Origin: a virus
Lineage: Duplodnaviria > Caudoviricetes
DNA: 42,567 nucleotides
Virus record (IMG/VR): IMGVR_UViG_3300025168_000182
Location: 1 to 42,567 of that record
Strand: one strand, 5' to 3'
Of this stretch, positions 36,576 to 42,567 are shown piece after piece. The translations under genes and the position numbers were made by a program. Within the stretch, counting starts at the first letter, position 1; the number at the start of each line of letters is the position of its first letter. A model generated the notes under the pieces. That model searched no databases. It saw only the letters and a list, made by a program, of their open reading frames with translations, and was not told where the DNA came from.

Positions 36576-39029
36576 TTACTTAGTAAAACCTTTATCCATT
36601 GCAAAATTGGCTCTACTAAATTCTACTCGGTCGACAAATTTAACTCCTTGGCCAATATGATCAACTGCCACATACCCCTCTGGGGCTGTCACTCTTAATC
36701 CGCCCTTGCCATCATCTACAAAATGTTTTGTATTATATACTGCATTATTATATTTTTTAACAAATATTAATTTCGCATCTGCTAGTAATTTTGATACTAT
36801 AAATATATTTAAAATATCTTGTTTTCTTTGTTCTAACATTGCCATTTGCTCTTGTTTAGCTGCAGTGGCCTTTTCTATTCCGCGATCTGATTTTAATTTT
36901 GCTATCTTTTTATCAGTCCGGAGTTCAAACCATTTCTGAAAAGCTTTATATGATATAGCCGCATTATCAACAAATTGTCCGGTTTTTATTTCTTGGTTAA
37001 GGTATATGTTTAACAATGAACTTGGTAGATTATCATAATTTATTTTTATTGAATCAGCCTTTTTAATCATCATAGCAACTTCCTTTGCTTCAGATGCTGT
37101 TAATGTCACTATACCAGTAGTATCTTTAAAGAATGCATCATCAAACCATACATTAGGATTACGTCTTAATCCGCTAACATCGGCTCCAAATGATGCGCCG
37201 CTATCTAATGATCGATACGTTGTATGAAATACTATTCCTAATTTTGCAGATCTTACTTGTCTTCCTAATTCAGAATCTGCATCTACTGCATATGTTATTG
37301 TATTTGGCCTAAAAGAATAATGTTTTTTACCGTCAATATTTGTAGATTTTAAAATACTTTTATCAAACATAAAATCGCCTTGCAGTATATTTTTAATTCC
37401 TAATGCAGGTAAATATTCTAAAGCTAATTTTAATTTATCAGCTAATCCTTGTGCATGGCCATGATTTAAATCTACATCTTCTGCTGTGTAGTTAATCTTA
37501 GGTTCTTTATTAAAGATGGACTTTGTTCCTACAAAAAACTGTTTATTATCCGGATTAATTCCTGCGAATATGGCTGGTGCACCATCCCATTTAACTGATG
37601 TATTAACTTTTGCATCACTATTTCCTTTAAGATTTTTTAACATTTCAATTAAGAATGATCGAGCTGTTTTATATCCTTGAGCTCCTTGAGTTAATATCAA
37701 TTCTTCTAAATGCGTTAAATGAGTATTTGCTTTAGCTTCGGTTAATAATTCTCCTAACTGGTTGGTCCACCATTCTTTAGTTAATTCTTGTTCTTTTGGT
37801 GGTATACGCATTTTCATAGCAGATCTTCCATTAATTAATAAATCACCCTTTTCACTCCAGCCAATTGTTTTTACAACTACTTTTTTATTTTTAAATCTAC
37901 CCATCATTACAGTATCGCCTATATTAATAGGAAGATTTATATCTTCTTTTAATCCTGTAGGTTTTAGCTCTTCTTTAGCAGATGATGCAACTGACTCGCT
38001 AGCTCCTAGAAAATCTATAAATTTATATCCAACTTGTTGAGCAACATTATTAATATATTTACGCCATGCAGAATAGGCCGGGTTTCCTTTCATATCACGC
38101 ATGTAATCAGTACCAGAATTTTTGGCGCCCTTTACGCCGGTAGGAAAATAAGATACCGATAGTGGAGGACCTTCTGGAAAATTTGTATCATGTATTTCTA
38201 TTGGAATGTCGGTTAAATATTCAATAACTTGATAACCTAATCGTTTTGCCATATCTGCGGTTTGTTTGCGATATGTAGCTTGATTACCGTAAAAATATCG
38301 AGGACCGTCATCAACATCTGATTTTCCTTGTGCTGTTGCAGTACTTCCCTCAGTTAATATTTTTGCAATATTATGTTTTATTATAAATGATTCTAATTGT
38401 TCTGTTTTAAGTACAGAAAATTTATCACGCAACATTGTGTATATATTTGCGTCATAAAATCCCATAACGTCTTTAAATGTTTCTTGGTCTGCAGTTGCTA
38501 ATACTTGACGTAATGTTGTTCCAGACATTTCACCATACCCCGGAATTTGTATATCCACATGGGGTGCTACAACTAAATAACCATGTTGAGTAAATGGTTG
38601 TAAATTATCTTTATTGTCTTCATATGATTGAAAATATCCAGGAGATCCATCTTTTTTTGTACCAATACGAAATCTAGGATCTTCTTTCATATCTTTTGCA
38701 CCTACTGCAAATAATACCGCCGTGGTCTCTGGATCATATTTACTAGTAATTTCTACAGATTGGTAAGGATTTTTTACTTGTACTACATTTCCTATACCAT
38801 GTTTATAAATTATTTTACGTTTTTCTTTAAAGTTTAACGGCGATTTTGGCAACTTGACTTTATCAGATGTTGCAATATAAGTATTAGATTGTCCAAATTT
38901 AGCAGCTAATTTTTTATAAGTTGCCGCGTGATGCTGTCCCATTGGTTGAAATCGTCCCGGGTAAATTACAACAATTGTTTTAATTGTTTGTTCTGATATA
39001 ACTTGTTCTGCTAACCATTCTCCTAACAT
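36576..39029 (-). CDS. Multidomain protein: cytidyltransferase-like N-domain plus C-terminal ligase-like (DUF6267-type) domain
   Basis: IYPGRFQPMGQHH..MSGT.LR (HIGH-superfamily-like); C-terminal NTHLTHLEE, SVKWDGAPAIFAG, LQGDFM, PEGYV, VKFVDR.EFS. Confidence 0.8.
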   Translation of the reverse strand: MLGEWLAEQVISEQTIKTIVVIYPGRFQPMGQHHAATYKKLAAKFGQSNTYIATSDKVKLPKSPLNFKEKRKIIYKHGIGNVVQVKNPYQSVEITSKYDPETTAVLFAVGAKDMKEDPRFRIGTKKDGSPGYFQSYEDNKDNLQPFTQHGYLVVAPHVDIQIPGYGEMSGTTLRQVLATADQETFKDVMGFYDANIYTMLRDKFSVLKTEQLESFIIKHNIAKILTEGSTATAQGKSDVDDGPRYFYGNQATYRKQTADMAKRLGYQVIEYLTDIPIEIHDTNFPEGPPLSVSYFPTGVKGAKNSGTDYMRDMKGNPAYSAWRKYINNVAQQVGYKFIDFLGASESVASSAKEELKPTGLKEDINLPINIGDTVMMGRFKNKKVVVKTIGWSEKGDLLINGRSAMKMRIPPKEQELTKEWWTNQLGELLTEAKANTHLTHLEELILTQGAQGYKTARSFLIEMLKNLKGNSDAKVNTSVKWDGAPAIFAGINPDNKQFFVGTKSIFNKEPKINYTAEDVDLNHGHAQGLADKLKLALEYLPALGIKNILQGDFMFDKSILKSTNIDGKKHYSFRPNTITYAVDADSELGRQVRSAKLGIVFHTTYRSLDSGASFGADVSGLRRNPNVWFDDAFFKDTTGIVTLTASEAKEVAMMIKKADSIKINYDNLPSSLLNIYLNQEIKTGQFVDNAAISYKAFQKWFELRTDKKIAKLKSDRGIEKATAAKQEQMAMLEQRKQDILNIFIVSKLLADAKLIFVKKYNNAVYNTKHFVDDGKGGLRVTAPEGYVAVDHIGQGVKFVDRVEFSRANFAMDKGFTK

Positions 39030-39044
39030 AATGGAATTCCTTTA

Positions 39045-39054
39045 TTATAAATAT
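39045..39054 (-). promoter_or_regulatory. Putative late promoter motif ATATTTATAA
   Basis: Intergenic, 15 nt upstream of ATG 39029. Confidence 0.55.
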
Positions 39055-39061
39055 TATCTGC

Positions 39062-40111
39062 TTAGAAAGCACCACCATCTACATTGGCTATTAAATTACT
39101 ACCACTTATTGATCCACTAACTGTCAAATTTCCATTATTATCAACTTTAAGTAATTGTGATCCGCCTACTCCTGCCAATCCTGTATCAATCCATACACGA
39201 AATGCTGAATTATTGTATACATTGGCATTATCCATTAATACATCAAATCCTCCATTTGTTTTTATATACGGTGAATTAGGAATTGGTTGTCCATATAAGA
39301 TTGGAGCTCCCCCATGCATAGATATATTTGATCCAGTTAGTGCTCTTGTTACAGATATGCCGTAAAATCCATCTCGTACATTCATAAATGATGCCGAATT
39401 ATCTAAGGCAGTTTGAACAGAGTTTTTATTATTATCATCTAATTTTATCTGCGCAGTAGCACTACCAGTATTAGGCGTACCTTCTGATGCAATACCTCTT
39501 AATAATCCAGAACCGCTAACACGTATACAATATGAAATAGAAGATCCGGACATATGACTAAAATTGATATCATCTGCTATTGGTGCGCCAGTAATTGAAT
39601 TAATGATATGTATATATTCGTTAAATGCAGATCCAGAATCTGGGTGTTCGCCTTGACCAAATGATGTTGTATAATAACCAGATGCAGATATAGTAAATCG
39701 GTTTGTTGTAAATGTATGTGCATTTATTGCAGTTATTGTACGATTTGCAATTTCTGATCCAGTTATTCCCATTGGTAATACAATTTGTATTGCAGATCCT
39801 GTAGCTGTTCTCAAATTTGGAAGATCACGTATTCCAAAAATACTACCAGTTGGTTCAATACTTGTACGATTACTATTCTGATAAAACATTTTAAAAGAAT
39901 GTGCATCTGGGGATCTAAAATAGAAAAATGATGCGGTTGCATTTGCCGGTGCTAATACACTTTGAGATAATGAAGCACCAGACATAGTTACCACATAATG
40001 CTGTGCCACTGAATTTATGCTTTGTGATACACCTAATGTTGTGGAGCCAGATGGTATAAAAAATACTTTACCATCTTCTACTTGTACAGCATCTTTTGAT
40101 AATTGACCCAT
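39062..40111 (-). CDS. Putative virion/tail protein, 349 aa
   Basis: S/T/G-rich; C-terminal LLKVDNNGNLTVSGSI fibre-like motif; ends VDGGAF; AAGGA SD. Confidence 0.75.
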   Translation of the reverse strand: MGQLSKDAVQVEDGKVFFIPSGSTTLGVSQSINSVAQHYVVTMSGASLSQSVLAPANATASFFYFRSPDAHSFKMFYQNSNRTSIEPTGSIFGIRDLPNLRTATGSAIQIVLPMGITGSEIANRTITAINAHTFTTNRFTISASGYYTTSFGQGEHPDSGSAFNEYIHIINSITGAPIADDINFSHMSGSSISYCIRVSGSGLLRGIASEGTPNTGSATAQIKLDDNNKNSVQTALDNSASFMNVRDGFYGISVTRALTGSNISMHGGAPILYGQPIPNSPYIKTNGGFDVLMDNANVYNNSAFRVWIDTGLAGVGGSQLLKVDNNGNLTVSGSISGSNLIANVDGGAF

Positions 40112-40114
40112 ATA

Positions 40115-40723
40115 TTATCCTTTTACTTTTAAAATTATATAACCTATTACAAATGATATTGGTTCAAATATATATCTAATTATCATTCCAGGTATATATC
40201 TAGTATTATTATTCATAACAGCTTTTATGTCTTGAGTTCTACATTTAGCCATATATTTACCTAACCAAAATACAAAATTATTTTTTCTCATAAGATTTGT
40301 GAATGGTTTAAATAATATGTAATAACCGGTTTGATGATATCGAGTCAAATGTTCATCTTTATGAGTATTCCATAAGATGCGATTGGCATGCCATTCATTT
40401 GATCCTAACGAGTTGTATATTGTAGTGCATATTATTTTTTCTTTCATTGATGAAAGTTCGTCCATACTATGAGGAGCTTCACCATCTAGATGAGGAGCCA
40501 TTTGTGAACCGTCCGAGATTGTTGCATCTGCTAATGTAGTATCATTGCCTCCAACGCTAATTACTACAGTAGTAGACGTATTTTTTAAAGATACAGGCAC
40601 TGACGGATCAGGAGTATCTGAATAATTTTGTGCATTGAAAATACTAGACCCGGCTTGTATTTTTAATTTTGCTAACGATTTCTCTTCTCCTAATCCTGGA
40701 GCTGTTACACCTGTATCTGCCAT
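40115..40723 (-). CDS. Hypothetical protein with C-terminal KIICT..GY domain
   Basis: GGAGG SD; coupled to upstream gene; polar N-half and hydrophobic/basic C-half. Confidence 0.75.
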   Translation of the reverse strand: MADTGVTAPGLGEEKSLAKLKIQAGSSIFNAQNYSDTPDPSVPVSLKNTSTTVVISVGGNDTTLADATISDGSQMAPHLDGEAPHSMDELSSMKEKIICTTIYNSLGSNEWHANRILWNTHKDEHLTRYHQTGYYILFKPFTNLMRKNNFVFWLGKYMAKCRTQDIKAVMNNNTRYIPGMIIRYIFEPISFVIGYIILKVKG

Positions 40724-41223
40724 TATTTGTCCTCCAATTTACGTTTCAATTCATCTATCTGAGTTTGCTGATCCTTTACACATTCTATTAGTAATGGTAT
40801 TAATTTTTCATAACGCACTGACATTACACCATTAACTTCTCGTGTTATATTTGGTAACACAGAATTAACTTCTTGTGCAATAACTCCTACATCTGTAATG
40901 CCAGATTTTTTAGCTCCGGCTTCTGGTTTCCATATAAATGTGTTACCAGATAATTGCTGTATTTTATTCATAGGATTTGTAATAGGTGTAACATCTGTTT
41001 TAAGTTTGATATCAGATGTTGAAAATGCTATCACATCGCCAGTACATGTTATTTCACTTTCAGAATCGATACCGACATCTAAATTACCTTTAATGACAGA
41101 ATCTGATTCTGCAGTAATACCAAATAATTGTGTTGTGCCTCCTAGAAATGCAATGTTATCGTCGCTATCTGTTGTAAATGTATATTGCCCCCGGGGTGCT
41201 AATCTCATTGTTCTAAATGACAT
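40723..41223 (-). CDS. Short fibre protein with peptidase S74 intramolecular chaperone domain
   Basis: SDIKLKTDV, GVIAQEV..VLP, VRYEKLIPLLIECVKD and terminal coiled coil. Confidence 0.9.
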   Translation of the reverse strand: MSFRTMRLAPRGQYTFTTDSDDNIAFLGGTTQLFGITAESDSVIKGNLDVGIDSESEITCTGDVIAFSTSDIKLKTDVTPITNPMNKIQQLSGNTFIWKPEAGAKKSGITDVGVIAQEVNSVLPNITREVNGVMSVRYEKLIPLLIECVKDQQTQIDELKRKLEDK

Positions 41224-41239
41224 ATATTATCCTTTTTTA

Positions 41240-42567
41240 TTATCCGCCATCAGTTTCTTTTAATTGTACACCAATAATATTTGAAGCTGCTATCATCGAT
41301 ACTTGTATACCAGATAATCCAGTTGTCGATGCTGCTAAGCCAGTTGGTATTAAAAAATCTACGTCTTTATTTGCTGCCACTTCAATGGTTACTGGTACTT
41401 TAGCACCTCCAGTTGTTTTTGGAGCTTTTATCGATCTTATTGCACCAGCTTCTGCATATTGTTGCGATATGACAGCTTGTTGTTGATATCCATTAAGAGA
41501 ATTACTATTAGTTTGATTTCCATTAATATCTATAATTTTTTTATAAAATTTATTAGTACCATCTCCACCATTACTGCTATGTAAATATTCAGTACCATTT
41601 CCACTAGTAATATGGTTACCACTGTTATTAGTATACTGGTTTACATCACCCATTATCATATCAATATCAATTATCACATGTGATACTACTTCTCCACCTA
41701 AATCTCCGTTAAGTACTAATTCAGATGCATATGTCTGCGTTTCTGTAATTTGCTCACCATTGGCCAGAGTTGCATTCGATGGATCTGTTACTACCATTAA
41801 TGCTACGTACTGATACATATTAAGTTGCGTTATTGTCACAGATTTTTGTCGTAATGATCTGGCTATTGCAAATCCATCAAAGTCTGCGTTAGATGCTGTT
41901 AATGCGCCGGCGGCATTTATTGCAAATCCACTAGCAGATATAGCACCAGTAGTATCTAATTCTAATTTTGTTACAGTATTAGTTCTTAATTTAACTTTAC
42001 CGTCTTTAATTTGAACATTAGATTTATCTGCAGCCACACGTCCTACAATTGTATCTTGCCCAAATAATGCTACTTGGTTTGACGCTGATACTACTTGTAA
42101 ACCTTGATTGAACATAAATGCAAAATTATCTTCATCAAATAATGATTTAACACCGAGTGTATTTAATTGTAATTTTACGTTCTGTGCACTAGTACCATCA
42201 AAAAATCTGGTAGTAGTTCCAAATGTAGCTAAACCAAAATCAGGTGATTGTCCTGATGATGATATGTCCATACCAGTAGGAGTGAGTACTAGCTGTGACT
42301 CCATTTCATCAATTGCTGATTGAGCAGTTATGGCCGCGGCATTCGCTGTTGCAGAATTTACTATTCCAATGGCTGCTGAAGCAGATGCTGCGGCTGCGTC
42401 TACTATACCTATGGCTGCTGAAGCAGATGCTGCGGCCGCATCTACTATACCTATGGCTGCGCTTGAAGATGCCGCGGCTGCATCTACTATACCTATGGCT
42501 GCACTTGCAGATGCTGCACCAGCTTGGACGGCAGCTGAATTAGATGCTGATTGAGCAGTATCAATTC
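41240..42567 (-). CDS. Tail protein, 5' part outside window (extends beyond the ORF-track start at 42304)
   Basis: Frame stays open upstream of 42304 through AIGIVDAAAASASA repeats; AINAAGALTASNADFDG fibre-like motif. Confidence 0.75.
   Translation of the reverse strand, partial: IDTAQSASNSAAVQAGAASASAAIGIVDAAAASSSAAIGIVDAAAASASAAIGIVDAAAASASAAIGIVNSATANAAAITAQSAIDEMESQLVLTPTGMDISSSGQSPDFGLATFGTTTRFFDGTSAQNVKLQLNTLGVKSLFDEDNFAFMFNQGLQVVSASNQVALFGQDTIVGRVAADKSNVQIKDGKVKLRTNTVTKLELDTTGAISASGFAINAAGALTASNADFDGFAIARSLRQKSVTITQLNMYQYVALMVVTDPSNATLANGEQITETQTYASELVLNGDLGGEVVSHVIIDIDMIMGDVNQYTNNSGNHITSGNGTEYLHSSNGGDGTNKFYKKIIDINGNQTNSNSLNGYQQQAVISQQYAEAGAIRSIKAPKTTGGAKVPVTIEVAANKDVDFLIPTGLAASTTGLSGIQVSMIAASNIIGVQLKETDGG
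42359..42517. repeat. 42-bp tandem coding repeat, about 3.8 copies
   Basis: tactat units start at 42359, 42401, 42443 and 42485. Confidence 0.9.

Noticed and set aside
1891-39054. T4-type TATAAATA promoters driving plus-strand transcription
   Set aside because: No credible plus-strand genes follow them; positions track minus-strand start codons instead
3239-42323. Other plus-strand ORFs and short nested minus-strand ORFs in the track
   Set aside because: All overlap well-supported minus-strand genes and are explained by codon bias and repeats
42330-42554. Plus-strand Ala-rich ORF (TIPMAAEADAAAAS repeats)
   Set aside because: Mirror of the minus-strand repeat, which is in frame with the 41240 gene
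1-42567. Stop-codon reassignment, introns/inteins, tRNA genes
   Set aside because: Core genes are full-length in the standard code, with TAG used as a stop (e.g. MCP); terL and portal look uninterrupted; no cloverleaf seen in the few gaps large enough (not scanned computationally)

Overview
AT-rich fragment of a large T4-like (myovirus/jumbo-type) dsDNA phage, covering the virion morphogenesis region. All credible genes are on the minus strand. In transcription order (high to low coordinates): tail-fibre-like genes, a nucleotidyltransferase/ligase-like fusion, a 3TM holin, terminase large subunit, portal, small head-associated proteins, prohead protease, ribosomal protein bS21, scaffold, major capsid protein, a P-loop ATPase, PhoH, then about 21 kb of Ser-rich tail/adhesin genes, including a subtilisin-family protease and a 2776-aa repeat protein. 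Two genes run off the window edges and are missing from or truncated in the ORF track. Bacteroidota-type promoters, a Bacteroidota-like bS21 and a Bacteroidota-like surface-protein domain point to a Bacteroidota host (inference). The main leads are: (1) two gene classes, host-type promoter without SD versus ATATTTAT motif with strong SD, alongside a phage bS21; (2) an [S/T]-[G/A/S/Q]-S tripeptide that saturates predicted outer virion proteins and may be a modification sequon; (3) a putative capsid-packaged polyprotein cut by the prohead protease; (4) a subtilase and giant adhesin sharing a module. All calls come from manual motif recognition; no searches were run.
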